Assembly: GCA_918797485.1 (NCBI GenBank)
Contig: CAKKNE010000002.1
Span: 1,798,001-1,862,000, forward strand
DNA from: Pelagomonas calceolata
Lineage: Eukaryota
Length of the DNA: 64,000 nt
Reading direction: 5' to 3'
Position 1 is the first letter of the stretch, and each line of letters begins with the position of its first letter. This document shows, in pieces, positions 32,001-41,977 of the stretch. Below the pieces are notes generated by a model. The model had not been told where the DNA came from and made no database searches. It was given only the letters and a program-made list of their open reading frames with translations. A program made the translations under genes and the position numbers.

Positions 32001-33754
32001 TCGTCGCGCACAACCTCTGCTTTTCGACGTGCGTCGGCCGCCTCGCGGCGGCGGGACCGCCGCGCGCGGCCGGCGACGTGAAAAAACGTCCCGACGGCGA
32101 CGCGTCGGACTCGGACTCGGACTCCAAGTCCGCGGCGTCGTCGCTCGACGGCGCGCCGCAGGCGGCGCGACCGCGGGACCCGGCGCCGGCGCCGGCGCCG
32201 GGCGCGGCGACGACGGGCCGCCTCGGCGTCGTCGCGCACTGGCCCGCGGCGGAGGCGGCGCGCGCGCTCGAGCACGCCGAGGCGAGCGGCCCCGTCTACG
32301 TCGCGCCGAACGGCGCCGTCTTCGCCGGCCCGGCCGCGCGCGAGGGCGCACTGCCGCGCATGCTCCGCGAGGTGCTCGCGGCGCGGTTCCTGACGAAACA
32401 GGCGCTGAAGCGCGCGCGCGCCGCGCGCCGCGGCACGCTCGCGCGCGTCCTCGACGCGCGCCAGCTCGCGCTCAAGCTCGTGGCCAACGTGACCTACGGC
32501 TACTGCGCAGCGTCGTTCTCCGGCCGCCAGCCGTGCGCGGACCTGGCCGACGCGATCGTCGCGTCGGGGCGGAGCTGCCTCGAGGACGCCGTCCGCGTGG
32601 CCGGCGGCGCGGGCGCCGCGAACCCCGTCAAGTACGGCGACACGGACTCGATCTTCGTCGAGATGGCCGGGGCGTCGGTGGCGCAGGCGCTGGACCGAGC
32701 GCACGAGATATCGAAGACCGTCTTCGCCGGCACGCCGCCGGCGGTGCACCTCAAGGTCGAGTACGTCTTCGACGGCTGCGCGCTCGTGTCGAAGAAGCGC
32801 TACGTCGGCCGCGCCGTCGAGGCGCCGGGCGATACGCCGCACCTCCTCGTCAAGGGCCTCGAGCTGAAGACGCGCGACCAGTGCGACTTCGTGCGGGAGC
32901 GCCTCGAGGCCGTCGTCCGCGACGTGCTCGCGACGCGCGACCTGTCGCGGGCGAAGCGGACGTTCCAGCGCGCCGTCGTCGGTGTCGAGGCCTGCCCGCT
33001 CCAGGACCTGATCCTCTGGCGGCGCTACCGAGGAGAGGGCGCCTACAAGACCAACACCCACGACCTCGTCGGGCCCGTCAAAGAGCTCGACGCCAGAGGC
33101 AACCGGACGGCCGCAAAGGACCGCGTCGGGTACGTCGTCGTGAAGGACCCGGGCTTGAAACTCTACCAGCGCACGCACGCCGCGACTCACGAGGCCGGTC
33201 TCGCGCTCCGCGTCGATCGCACGTTCTACATCAAGAAGAAGCTGCTGCCGCCGCTGTCGCGCATCCTCGACGTCTGCGGCGTCAACGTCTTTGCCTGGTA
33301 CCAGGCAACGCCGAAACCAGCGCTGCGCGTCCGCTTGCCGGCGCCCGATGCGCGGCCGACCGGCAAAATTACCTACTTCTACCCATCCAGACACTGCATC
33401 CACTGCGGCGTCGTCGCCGCCAAGCCGCCGGTCTGCGACGCCTGCGCCGCCAGGCCCGACTTTCTCGCGGTCGAGCACTTCATCCGCGAGCGCGGGCTCG
33501 AACGCCGGCGCTGGGAGCTCGAGCGCTCTCTGGCGGCGGCGGGCCTCGGCCCGCGAGCGTTGCCCGCCGGGCTCCACCTCGCGCCGTCGAAGACGTCGCT
33601 CGAGGACGACCGAACCTTCGAATATCGCCGCGTCCTCGACGCCATCGAGGACAACGACCGGCGCTGGCTGGCGACGCTCGAGTACCTCCAGCGGCGCAAG
33701 AAGCGGCGGCGGGACGATGGCGCGGGTCCGGGCCGCGCGCGGCGGTGCTTCTAG
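29069..33754 (+). CDS. REV3: DNA polymerase zeta catalytic subunit (family B)
   Basis: HVHGCFPYFY, PFYGYH, YESHV, DPDVLLGW..GSWGY, TRGSQHRVE, LDYQSLYPSMIVAHNLCFST, KLVANVTYGY..SFSGRQPC, YGDTDS, KKRYVG. Confidence 0.93.
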   Translation: MDLKFLPLSVECTDGPPPDVESLPHPLCAPGFDGYHSNSWPRVDLWGTLPTGQRATVHVHGCFPYFYARPLEEDAEAVRAFSVDPNLRSICKRTAEGLDEMLRNGDGAHGTGDARVRSVTVATLTPFYGYHPEPLPFLRVALYRARDVVRAAKLLLDEGCCKYQGRALRLQPYESHVNAHMKFFADVGAGALRPLALDDVRFRRAPKTARVEGWVSEATVRKAGAGYAPTKRRLAAPTLAADDAVEVDVAFARVSAATSVRGDDDDDDYAVPALRELFDDEADRLAADHAPAEVRRLVAVDPAWRAPDGAAGATPTLGPGTAERQARWAEPLAALRRVPDSPAPAPAPRADDVAASQLPPRLSQEMCTQADKEARDQDDASHASDDSLDVREREGRLEENDDGKEPDPWFDDPNEGDEDDDRARDAAWDAILGTDDADEGTDEDDGTDEDDDAPSALPKASSQTPAAPRALTPTGARVLAPAEPPPTAAAVRASLRELAPPPRPLFYGDAADVPRRRRANDCGAVDRATHVADAPEFFPPDGAWRRLVAGTRGRGAARRRWARAARVLAPLADPPSRARVEATLAAATATAPRPSASPTGSLLTPPNRTQWTEASGSRSRDGAGMRTRAAADGTPGVAVLALEVLAACAPSQLRSDPKKDPVRCACWRFRAHHLADAADDEVGVVVVLDAAARRADEPSWRRAWDATDEAVAVEIVADERALVAGLRRLVARLDPDVLLGWDTARGSWGYVEARWGVVAPSDRKQLFSRDTNARADRGDRGRTYAAARGRVVVGGRAAVRGDALLVRLLSHDLAAVAPVVLKRRAPPTHDRAELAQLFAAPEVDARVAAVTHVLAETTCGLEIVAGLDVVGRAAELGRLLGMPLADALTRGSQHRVEAILLGVAKPRRGANPLTFLDARGDERPPPGATWYALRSPSRADVAAQPAIEETACILEPVSAIYTDPVACLDYQSLYPSMIVAHNLCFSTCVGRLAAAGPPRAAGDVKKRPDGDASDSDSDSKSAASSLDGAPQAARPRDPAPAPAPGAATTGRLGVVAHWPAAEAARALEHAEASGPVYVAPNGAVFAGPAAREGALPRMLREVLAARFLTKQALKRARAARRGTLARVLDARQLALKLVANVTYGYCAASFSGRQPCADLADAIVASGRSCLEDAVRVAGGAGAANPVKYGDTDSIFVEMAGASVAQALDRAHEISKTVFAGTPPAVHLKVEYVFDGCALVSKKRYVGRAVEAPGDTPHLLVKGLELKTRDQCDFVRERLEAVVRDVLATRDLSRAKRTFQRAVVGVEACPLQDLILWRRYRGEGAYKTNTHDLVGPVKELDARGNRTAAKDRVGYVVVKDPGLKLYQRTHAATHEAGLALRVDRTFYIKKKLLPPLSRILDVCGVNVFAWYQATPKPALRVRLPAPDARPTGKITYFYPSRHCIHCGVVAAKPPVCDACAARPDFLAVEHFIRERGLERRRWELERSLAAAGLGPRALPAGLHLAPSKTSLEDDRTFEYRRVLDAIEDNDRRWLATLEYLQRRKKRRRDDGAGPGRARRCF

Positions 33755-33940
33755 GCATCTGTGCTGTGTGTAAGTGGTCCTGTTCAAGTTATCATATTTA
33801 AACCGAGCCCCTGCCCAGGGCTGGGGGCGAAACACCGCGCGTTGATCGACTCGAGATTCAAACAGGCTTAAAAAACGGGTTTGCCTCGATTGTCGCCGCG
33901 CGGCCTTATTTTTGCTCACAGATCACGAATTACTGTCCAA

Positions 33941-34939
33941 ATGGGCTTACTCAAGAGCGGATGGATGCAGCCCGTGGTGGAGGAGTCCACGGCGGCTGAC
34001 TCCGAAGCAGAGACCGAGATTCAAGCCGAGACTCAAGCCGAGCCGGGCGCCAAGGCGCTCATCTCGGACATCCCGGACGACGCCTTTGGCCACGTCCTCT
34101 TCTGGCTTCCTCCGCTCACGAATCTCGCGGCGGCTCGCGTGGCGAAGCAGTGGCGCGTCCGCGTCGCGAAATTCTTTGCGACATTGCGCGAGCTCGACGT
34201 TACGACCGAAGAGATGAGCGCGTCGCTGGTGCGGGGACGCAATCCAGCCGTCGGCCCCGAACGCTGGGGACGCAAATCCAGCCGGCTTGCAATGCTGCTT
34301 GGCAAATGCCGCTCGTTGGAGTCGTTGACGGTGGGGTTTGGTGAATACGAAGAGTCGCTCGGCGAGTGCCCGAGCCATCTCCTCCGGTCTCTCTCCCTCC
34401 GACGGCTCGTAATTGCTGGAGACTACATGAGTCCAGAATGCGTCCACAACATCGCTCGTTTGAGTCCGAATCTCGAAGAATTCAAGTGGCGAGGCCGCTC
34501 TGACGATACGTACAGGGTCATGGGCTACGGAGCAGTAGGGACCTTACGGGTGTTCCACCGGCACTGCCGACGCCTCCGCCGATTGCCCCCATTCGGGTGT
34601 TGCTGCAGCCGCGGTCCGCTGGAACCCGACGGCCCGTGTGGTTACGAAGCGGAGGCCTTCGAGTTGCTTAAGACGTGGCCGTCGCTCGAAGCGATCGAAA
34701 TTCATCAGTGTTTCCCCCTCAGTATCGGTGAAATGCAGCACCGCGCCCTCGGTTTTGGTACGGACAAGGGACAATTTAAGGGAATATTGCGGGTCGTTAT
34801 GCACGACCTCGATGATCTCGTGTTTGACGAGGTGGCGGGTGGGGAGGTACCGGCTGAGCTCATCCTCCAGAGAGATTTCGGCAAAAACGAGAGACGGCCC
34901 TTACGCTTTGGAACTATTGAAGACCTCCCGCCCTACTAG
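33941..34939 (+). CDS. F-box/LRR-like protein
   Basis: F-box ISDIPDDAFGHVLFWL...ARVAKQWR followed by LxxL repeats. Confidence 0.75.
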   Translation: MGLLKSGWMQPVVEESTAADSEAETEIQAETQAEPGAKALISDIPDDAFGHVLFWLPPLTNLAAARVAKQWRVRVAKFFATLRELDVTTEEMSASLVRGRNPAVGPERWGRKSSRLAMLLGKCRSLESLTVGFGEYEESLGECPSHLLRSLSLRRLVIAGDYMSPECVHNIARLSPNLEEFKWRGRSDDTYRVMGYGAVGTLRVFHRHCRRLRRLPPFGCCCSRGPLEPDGPCGYEAEAFELLKTWPSLEAIEIHQCFPLSIGEMQHRALGFGTDKGQFKGILRVVMHDLDDLVFDEVAGGEVPAELILQRDFGKNERRPLRFGTIEDLPPY

Positions 34940-34954
34940 TACGACTAAAGACTC

Positions 34955-36208
34955 CTAAGACTTATGACGAACACGTTTCCAACACGCCTTTCCGCTCAGC
35001 TTCCCGCCACCGGCTCGCCGGCACCGTACCGATACGGCGCCGGGCGCGCCGGCCTCGCAGTCGTGGGCGCGCTTGCCGCACTCGGGCCAGACGGCCAGCA
35101 GTCGTCGCTGCTTCCGCGTCGCACGCCACGGGAACACGGCCCGGAAGTAGTCTTGGGAACGCGGCCAGACGTCGACGGCGGGCGTGTAGTCTAAGTGCGG
35201 GTCGGTCGCAGCGTAGTCGATGCGGACGTAGTGCTCCAGGCGCGGATTGAGCATGAGGAGCGCCGGCACGAACGTGCCCTGGCCGTAGACGATTCTCCGC
35301 GCCCCGATTACGGCCGCCACGTCCGCGCTCAGCGACTGCTTGTCCCAGTCCGCGCGGCCGGCGTAGCGCCGGAGGAGCGCGCCGACGACGGGGTTGCGGT
35401 CGTCCTCGGCGAGGATCCGCAGGCGGCGCCAGTCGGGGTGCGCGTCGATCGCGTCCGCGTAGTACGACACGGGCGGCGGCGCGTAGTGCGTCTGGTCGTG
35501 GACGGCGAAGATGTCGCCGCTCCGGACGTGGACGTGGACGTCGTAGTCGTGCGCCGCCGGCGTCACGGCCGACGCGGAGCGGAGCATCTTCAGCACTTTG
35601 GCGCGCGCGTCCGCGTCATCGCGCATGCGAGACACGTCCCAGAAGCTGTCCTCGAAGACCGGCCGCGCGCCCCGGGCTCGGTGGTGGTGCCGCGGCGCCG
35701 CGAGGCGGCCGAGGCGCGACACGTTCAGCACCGCGTCGGGCCCGCCGCCCGGCAGCGCGCACGCGCATCCAGCGCCGGCGTCGACGGCGACGGCCAACGA
35801 CAGGCAGTTGGCCACCTGGAGCAGCGCGTTGCCGAGGCGCCCCGCCCAGGCGCGCACGCGGAGCAGGCCGCCGGCGCGACAGACCGCCGTCGCGTTCGCG
35901 TGCCGGGCGGCCCGGGAGCTCGGGAGCTCGGGCGCGCCGCCGGGCAGCCCGAGCGCGACGCGCTGCCGCGCCTGGCGCGCCGCGTCGCGCTTCGCTCGCT
36001 TGCACTTGGCGCGGCACCGTATGTCGCCGCCCAGCGCCCGGCACGTTTCCGAGCAGGTGTGCGCGAAGACCGACGTGACGAGTGGCTCCTTGCGCAATTG
36101 CTCCGTCGTCGGTGGCACCACCTGGGCAGGCTGGAGCCAGAATAGGGCAGCCGTGCTGACGAGGGCTGCCGAGGCGTAGGTCGCGAGCCGCCGACGGTCG
36201 CATGGCAT
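34955..36208 (-). CDS. Type II membrane glycosyltransferase, GT11 (alpha-1,2-fucosyltransferase)-like
   Basis: N-terminal TM, GRLGNALLQ, VHVRSGDI, PPPVSYY, GTF. Confidence 0.75.
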   Translation of the reverse strand: MPCDRRRLATYASAALVSTAALFWLQPAQVVPPTTEQLRKEPLVTSVFAHTCSETCRALGGDIRCRAKCKRAKRDAARQARQRVALGLPGGAPELPSSRAARHANATAVCRAGGLLRVRAWAGRLGNALLQVANCLSLAVAVDAGAGCACALPGGGPDAVLNVSRLGRLAAPRHHHRARGARPVFEDSFWDVSRMRDDADARAKVLKMLRSASAVTPAAHDYDVHVHVRSGDIFAVHDQTHYAPPPVSYYADAIDAHPDWRRLRILAEDDRNPVVGALLRRYAGRADWDKQSLSADVAAVIGARRIVYGQGTFVPALLMLNPRLEHYVRIDYAATDPHLDYTPAVDVWPRSQDYFRAVFPWRATRKQRRLLAVWPECGKRAHDCEAGAPGAVSVRCRRAGGGKLSGKACWKRVRHKS

Positions 36209-36486
36209 CGTATTGTTTCTATCAATGCAATCGCTTATTCCATCAGGCCGCGGCAGCAGCTCCACGAGCCTCTCGCGATGAGCCCTGGCCAGTGAGGGGA
36301 AGCCCTCGGCCCCTCAGCCCTTTCCTATTGTGCTAGATGATAGAGACACTAGACTCCCAAAAAAAGCGCAACGAAGCCGCACTCTGGGCTTCGCCCGGGC
36401 CCTTGGCGCCACCTGGTACATCACACAACGAGCCAAGTCTGCCTATACTCGAGGCCTGCTGCGCGCGCGCCCGTGGTTCTCGCTGC

Positions 36487-36597
36487 GGACTCAAAAAAGG
36501 AGCAGCAGCACCAAGAGCACGTTAACTCCGCGTTCGCGCCAGCGGTTCGCTCTGAGGACTCGAAAAGGGAGCAGCAGCACCAAGAGAGCACGTTAAC
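36487..36597. repeat. Direct repeat of ~40 bp, 2 copies, upstream of the helicase
   Basis: ggactc(a/g)aaaa(a/g)ggagcagcagcaccaagag(ag)cacgttaac twice, about 68 bp apart. Confidence 0.8.
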
Positions 36598-36609
36598 AGC
36601 GCGAACGCG

Positions 36610-39402
36610 ATGGACCTCGCCTACGAGGACGACGTGGTCGACCTGACGGGCGCGACGGAGTCGCCGCCGCGCCCCCTCGCGCCCGTGAGCGCCAAACGCG
36701 AGGCCGGGACCGCGAGCGGCGCGCCGGCGAAGAAGAAGCCCAAGGCGGCGCCGGCGGCGACGACCAAGACCGGCCGGCGGCGCGAGCGCCAGAAGCGGAA
36801 CGCGGACGTGCGCAGCGGCCTCAAGCCGCTGCCGACGCCGATCGTCGACTTCGACGCGGAGGCGGCGCGCGGCATGCTGACGCTGACGCGCGAGGGCGTG
36901 CCGGTGCACCTGCCGCGCGCCCGGCCGCCGTACCGGTCGCAGCTCCAGGTCATGGACGGCGCGATTCGAGCGGTGCGGGCCGCGCGGTCGGCGCTGCTCG
37001 AGTCTCCGACGGGGACGGGCAAGACCCTCGCGGCGCTCGCCGCGGTGCTGGCCTGGCAGCGGCAGCACGCGCACGACACGCCGACGCGCGTCGTCTGGGT
37101 CGCGCGGACGCACGACCAGCTGCAGCACGCCGTCCACGAGTACAAGCGGTCGTGCCCGTACCGGCCGCTCATGTCGCTGCGGCTCTCGCGCGAGCGGTTC
37201 TGCCTGCACCCGAACATCGCGACGGCGCCGAACAAGGCCGAGGCCTGCGAGGAGGCGACGAAGATACGCAAGCCCTCGACGAAGAAGAGCAAGGGCTGCG
37301 CGCACCTCGACAAGGCCGAGCGCATCGGCTACCCGCAGGGGAAGAAGTGGCGGCCGCACTTTCGCCTCGGCGGGCCGATGGTCGTCTGGGACATCGAGGA
37401 CGCCGTCAAGGAGGGCAAGGCGACGCACGTCTGCCCGTTCCACATGGCCCAGGACCAGATCCAGGAGGGCGCCGCGCTCATCTTCATCACGTACTCGCAG
37501 CTCGTCGACCCCGTGATCCGCCGCGCCGGCGGCCTCGACGCGGTTCTGGAGGACGCGGTCGTCGTCGTCGACGAGGGGCACAACCTGCCGTCGGTCGCGC
37601 GCGACGCCGCTTCCTACGAGGTCACGGAGGACCGCCTCGCGGACATGGTCAAGACGCTCGAGGAATTCGCGCCGCACCTCGGCGAATACCCCGAGGCGCA
37701 GGCCATGCTCGAGAGCCTCATCGCGCCGCCGCCGGGCTCCTTCGAGGCCGTCCAGGCGCGGCTCGACGCGCCGCCGCCGACGAAGCGGAAGAAGAAGCCG
37801 AAGCTGCGGTTCCGCGTGACGGCGCGCGGCGGCCCGCTCCGCTCCCTGCTGGCGTGGCTCCGCGGCGCGACGGCGCCGACCTGCGCCGCGGCGCCGCTCG
37901 GCGCCCCGGCGACGAGGAAGCGCGACGCCTTCAAGGACGAAGAGGAGCGCATCTGGCGCGGCGCGGACGCGGCGACGCTCGTGCGAGACGTCCTGGGCCT
38001 CGAGAACGCGGAGCGCGTCGACGAGCACTGCAAGATGCTCTGGAAGATGCGCAAGGACCTCATCGACGAGGGCCTGGAGAGCGGCGCCGTCCGGTCCGAC
38101 ACGATCAACGACCTCGAGGCGATCCTCGTCAAGCTCCGGTACCTGCTCGACCCCGCGGCGGCCACGCGCTACAAGCTGATCGCCACGTCGGCGCCGCGGC
38201 GCGACGTCTTCCCGAAGGGCGCGACGCGGGCCGCGCGCGACGCGCGCAACGCGATGACCGACGCGCAGCGCCGGCGCCGCGTCCTCGGCTGCGACGGGGA
38301 GCGGCGCCGCGCGATCTCGTTCCTCTGCCTCGAGGGCTCCGTGGCCATGGAGACGCTGACGCGCGGCCAGCGCGCCGCGGGCCTCGGCCAGGCCGAGTGG
38401 CGGCGGCCGTGCCGGTCGCTCCTGCTGCTGTCGGGCACGCTGCGGCCGTTCGACCTGCTCGCGCGCGAGCTCGGCTTCGAGCTCGGCGCCTGGGACCGGA
38501 CGGACCTGCCGCCGCCCGCGCTCCCGCCGTCGTCGGCGCCGGCGGTCAAGGACGAGAACGCGGCGCCCGACGCCGGCGCGCCGGAGCCGAAGCTTCTCTC
38601 CCAGGCGTACGCGGCGCACGCCGTCGCCGCGTGCCACCTGCCGACGCTGGCGCCGGCGCCGGGCCGACCGGCGGCGCTCGCGGCGCTGCAGCTCGCGCGC
38701 GCGGCGGGCACGGAGCTCGACGGCTCGTACGCGAACGCGACCAAGGACCCCGAGTCGACGACGTCGCGGCGCTACTACGACGCCGTCGCGACCGCGCTGC
38801 TGGGCGTCGCGGCGGCCACGCCCGGCGGCGTCCTCGTGTTCTTCAAGTCGTACCAGCTCCTCGAGCTCGCGACGGCGCGCTGGGAGACGACGGGCGGCCG
38901 CGCGAGGCTCGAGGCCGAGAAGCGCGGCAACGTCTTCGTCGAGGTCCGGCGCCAGTCGGGCGACGAGTTCGACGCGCTCGTCGGCGCCTACCGCGCCGCC
39001 GCGGCCACGCCGGCCGGCGCCATGCTCCTCGCCGTCATGCGCGGCCGCTCGGCCGAGGGCGCCGACTTCAAGGACGACGCCGCGCGCTGCGTCGTGATCG
39101 TCGGCGTGCCGTACCCGCCGCGCTTCGACGCGGCGACGCGGCTCAAAATCGAGCACGCCGGCCGCGACGGCGAGACGTGGTACAAGGCCGAGGCGTACCG
39201 CAACGTCAACCAGGCCGCGGGCCGCCTCATCCGCCACTCGAAGGACTACGGCGCGCTCGTCCTCCTCGACCGCGCCCTCCACAAGCACCCGATGATGTCC
39301 GAGTGGTTCGCGGAGCGCATCGAGCGGCCCAGCGGCGCCACGGAGCTCCACCACCGCCTCCGGAGCTTCTTCTCCGCGCGGGCCCCGCTCGTGATCGATT
39401 AG
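36610..39402 (+). CDS. XPD-family Fe-S DNA helicase, FANCJ/RTEL1-like
   Basis: ESPTGTGKT, RTHDQL, Fe-S cysteines (FCLHP..C..C..CPF), DEGHN, SGTL, FFKSY, RGRSAEGADF, VGVPYP, NQAAGRLIRH. Confidence 0.92.
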   Translation: MDLAYEDDVVDLTGATESPPRPLAPVSAKREAGTASGAPAKKKPKAAPAATTKTGRRRERQKRNADVRSGLKPLPTPIVDFDAEAARGMLTLTREGVPVHLPRARPPYRSQLQVMDGAIRAVRAARSALLESPTGTGKTLAALAAVLAWQRQHAHDTPTRVVWVARTHDQLQHAVHEYKRSCPYRPLMSLRLSRERFCLHPNIATAPNKAEACEEATKIRKPSTKKSKGCAHLDKAERIGYPQGKKWRPHFRLGGPMVVWDIEDAVKEGKATHVCPFHMAQDQIQEGAALIFITYSQLVDPVIRRAGGLDAVLEDAVVVVDEGHNLPSVARDAASYEVTEDRLADMVKTLEEFAPHLGEYPEAQAMLESLIAPPPGSFEAVQARLDAPPPTKRKKKPKLRFRVTARGGPLRSLLAWLRGATAPTCAAAPLGAPATRKRDAFKDEEERIWRGADAATLVRDVLGLENAERVDEHCKMLWKMRKDLIDEGLESGAVRSDTINDLEAILVKLRYLLDPAAATRYKLIATSAPRRDVFPKGATRAARDARNAMTDAQRRRRVLGCDGERRRAISFLCLEGSVAMETLTRGQRAAGLGQAEWRRPCRSLLLLSGTLRPFDLLARELGFELGAWDRTDLPPPALPPSSAPAVKDENAAPDAGAPEPKLLSQAYAAHAVAACHLPTLAPAPGRPAALAALQLARAAGTELDGSYANATKDPESTTSRRYYDAVATALLGVAAATPGGVLVFFKSYQLLELATARWETTGGRARLEAEKRGNVFVEVRRQSGDEFDALVGAYRAAAATPAGAMLLAVMRGRSAEGADFKDDAARCVVIVGVPYPPRFDAATRLKIEHAGRDGETWYKAEAYRNVNQAAGRLIRHSKDYGALVLLDRALHKHPMMSEWFAERIERPSGATELHHRLRSFFSARAPLVID

Positions 39403-39503
39403 TAAGAGCAAGTTATGCCTGTGCTTGGATCCTTGTTTTTCGACGATCAAGATTGTTATGGTGCTAGGACTAGTTTGCGGAGCCCCTGGTACCCGTTTTG
39501 GTG

Positions 39504-39527
39504 GCTAGTGTCTTACTGGACGCTAGC
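39504..39527 (-). promoter_or_regulatory. CTAG-dyad intergenic motif
   Basis: gctagtgtcttactggacgctagc; identical to 48137-48160 and the reverse complement of the consensus. Confidence 0.7.
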
Positions 39528-39726
39528 ATCGACGCTTGGACTCAAACCAGCAGCACAAGTGCCCAAGGAGGGCGACTCGCTCCTGCAGAAGAAGCACACC
39601 CCGTTTAGCTTTCCACGCGTCAAAGCGAAGTCGTCAAGGTTGATTTGTAGCAGTTGCAGACACTGCTCTCCCTCTGCACTCGCGAGCAGAGAGCGAGGCA
39701 GCAGTGCGAAGCTAAAGAGCGAATAC

Positions 39727-41079
39727 ATGGCATCGCTGCTCGACCGCATAGGAGACGCTCCGATCGCAGACGCCAGCTCCGACGAGCTGCGCTCGGCGGT
39801 CGAGGCGATTGCCAACGCGAGCAGCGATGCGTACACGGAGTGGGCCCGGCGGACGCTGCAGATTGCGGTGCACGACTGCTACCGGTTGAGTGGTGGCGGA
39901 GGCGATGACCGCGGCGTCGTCGCGGCGCGCGCGATCGACGCGTCGCCGTCGCAGCCCGTCGAGCTCGTCGTGGTACCGTTCGACGCGATGCTGCACGCGA
40001 CGGCGGCGCTGGTCTGCAACTCGCAAGCCGAAGCGGCGGCGGCGAAGGCGTTCGCCGTCGTCGCAAACAAGCTCACGAGAGAAGACGACGTGCTCGCGTG
40101 CCGCCTGCTCTTCGAGCGGCACCTGGGCGACCGCTCGCGGTGGTTCCAGCACGTGCGGCGCCTGCCCGACATGCCCGACCACTGTGTCCTGCGCTGGAGC
40201 GACGCGGAGCTCGCGGAGCTCGCGGGCTCGGACGCGCGGCTCATGGCGGCCAGATGGCGCGAGCAGGTCGCGGCCGATTTCAAGGAAATTGAAGCCGCCG
40301 CCGCCGCCGCCGGTCCAAAGCGCGAGGCGTTCCCCTGGCTCGAGGTCGACGCGTACCGTTGGGCGATAAGCATGGTCTTCAGCCGCGCGATCACGGTGCG
40401 ACGCGGCGCGGGCGCGATCAAAGCGCTCGTGCCGGTCGTTGACATGTTTAACCACGACCCGGCGGCGCCCACGGCGCACGCCTTCGACGCGGCGCGCGAC
40501 GCGCTCGTCGTCCGCCGCGAGGCGCCGGCCGCGGCGGGCGCCACGCTCTCGATCGTCTACGAGCACGCGACGGCCTCGCGGCTCCTGCTGCTGTACGGGT
40601 TCGTACCGCCGCTGGCGCAGACGCAGCACGCAGGCCGCGACGTCTTCGCGGGCCTGGCGCCCGACGCGCCGAATCGCGTCGAGAAGCTCGCCGTCCTCGC
40701 CGGTTTCGGCGTCAAGGCCCAGGCCGCGGGCGAGGAGCCGTTCGTCGTCTCGGAGGCGGACCCGCTGCCCGACGCGCTCGCGCTGACGCTCTACGCGCAG
40801 CGCTGCGACCTAGACGCGCTCGGCCGCCTCGTCGCCGACCGCGCAGACCGCGACGCGGCGACGGCGCGCGCGGGGCTGGGCGACCTCGTCGCGGCGTGCG
40901 ACGCCATGCTCTCGGGCTACCCGTCCAGCGAGGCCGAGGACCTCGCGGCCCTCGCTGACGGCGGCCTCGAGCCGCGGCGCCGGCTCGCGCTCCTCGTCCG
41001 CGTGCCAGAGCGGCGCGCGCTCGTCGCCTGTCGCCGCGAGGCGGCCGCTCGGCGCGAGGCGGTCGCAGACGTCGACTAG
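39727..41079 (+). CDS. SET-domain methyltransferase, Rubisco LSMT/SETD3-like
   Basis: RGVVA, WAISMVFSRA, LVPVVDMFNH, LLLLYGF, C-terminal YPSSEAED substrate-binding region. ATG at 39727. Confidence 0.9.
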   Translation: MASLLDRIGDAPIADASSDELRSAVEAIANASSDAYTEWARRTLQIAVHDCYRLSGGGGDDRGVVAARAIDASPSQPVELVVVPFDAMLHATAALVCNSQAEAAAAKAFAVVANKLTREDDVLACRLLFERHLGDRSRWFQHVRRLPDMPDHCVLRWSDAELAELAGSDARLMAARWREQVAADFKEIEAAAAAAGPKREAFPWLEVDAYRWAISMVFSRAITVRRGAGAIKALVPVVDMFNHDPAAPTAHAFDAARDALVVRREAPAAAGATLSIVYEHATASRLLLLYGFVPPLAQTQHAGRDVFAGLAPDAPNRVEKLAVLAGFGVKAQAAGEEPFVVSEADPLPDALALTLYAQRCDLDALGRLVADRADRDAATARAGLGDLVAACDAMLSGYPSSEAEDLAALADGGLEPRRRLALLVRVPERRALVACRREAAARREAVADVD

Positions 41080-41250
41080 GAGCAGCACCGCGGGGCGCCT
41101 TGTAAAACTGTTGAGGAGGACCCAGGGCCCGGACGCGCCCACAGGAATTAGAATTGGTGGAAATTACTCGAAAGTGGGCGGGGAGAGGTCGGGTCGCGCG
41201 GGGTGGAAAAGTAGTGCTTGGTCGTCTAAGACGCGTGCTTGGCTTCGGGC

Positions 41251-41651
41251 CTAGTCCCGCTTGGCACAGTGGCCGGCGCATTGGGTACCGTGGACAAGGC
41301 ACGTGTTCCCGAAGAAGCCGCCCGATCCGTTGCAGTCCTTGTCTTCTTTGCACGGCTTGCCGCACGGGGTCGGAGGCGACGGCGTCGGCGCCGGAGCCGG
41401 CGTGGACCCCTCGATGTCCCACAGCTGGAACTGGTCGAGGAGGCCGCCGTGGCCGGTGCAGGGCGCGCCGACGATGTGCGAGCCCTCGGCGAGAAGGCCG
41501 TTCTTCACCGTCATGCAAAGGTTCCCCGGGAACTCCGTGAGCTCGAGCGTGCCGATCTTGGTGTGCGTCAGTTCCTGGTTGAACCCGTTCGTGCGGCAAG
41601 GGTAGAGCCCGAAGTATGAGCCGTGGTTCGTGAACTTGGTGCCTAGGCCAT
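41251..41651 (-). pseudogene. Deleted, frameshifted copy of the ricin-lectin gene
   Basis: Junction ATGGCCT|AGGCACC removes 466 bp and creates ATG GCC TAG. Confidence 0.85.
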
Positions 41652-41977
41652 AGTTGTGATGTTTGTGCCTGAGAGCCAGCAAAGGTGAGCGCGCGTCCGC
41701 GCGCTCGAGTCGCGCGCGCGGGCGTCTGGGGCGAGTTGTTTCACGCCGTGATCGCTACGATTGCGAGTTTTTGTGATTGAGGTTATTTGACTGTGCTTGC
41801 TGCGGGTTTTGCGGAACCAGGAAGAATGCGCTTGGTGTTCCGGCCAGCCGACGAAAGCGCACGGCCCACGTTTCGTCCTTTCGCGACTCGTAGGGACCCC
41901 GGGAGCTATGCGACGGCAGATAGGAGTCGAGACATCGTGGAGCGCGGCCCGCGCGACGCGGAGTTCAAACACAGGTG

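Noticed and set aside
29036..33919. 1627-aa minus-strand ORF, and similar long overlapping ORFs (36421-39450, 15035-17179, 14902-17052, 37152-39467, 58516-60294)
   Set aside because: Antisense or alternate-frame shadows of real genes. Extreme GC3 removes stop codons, and the products are Arg/Gly/Ala-rich with no motifs.
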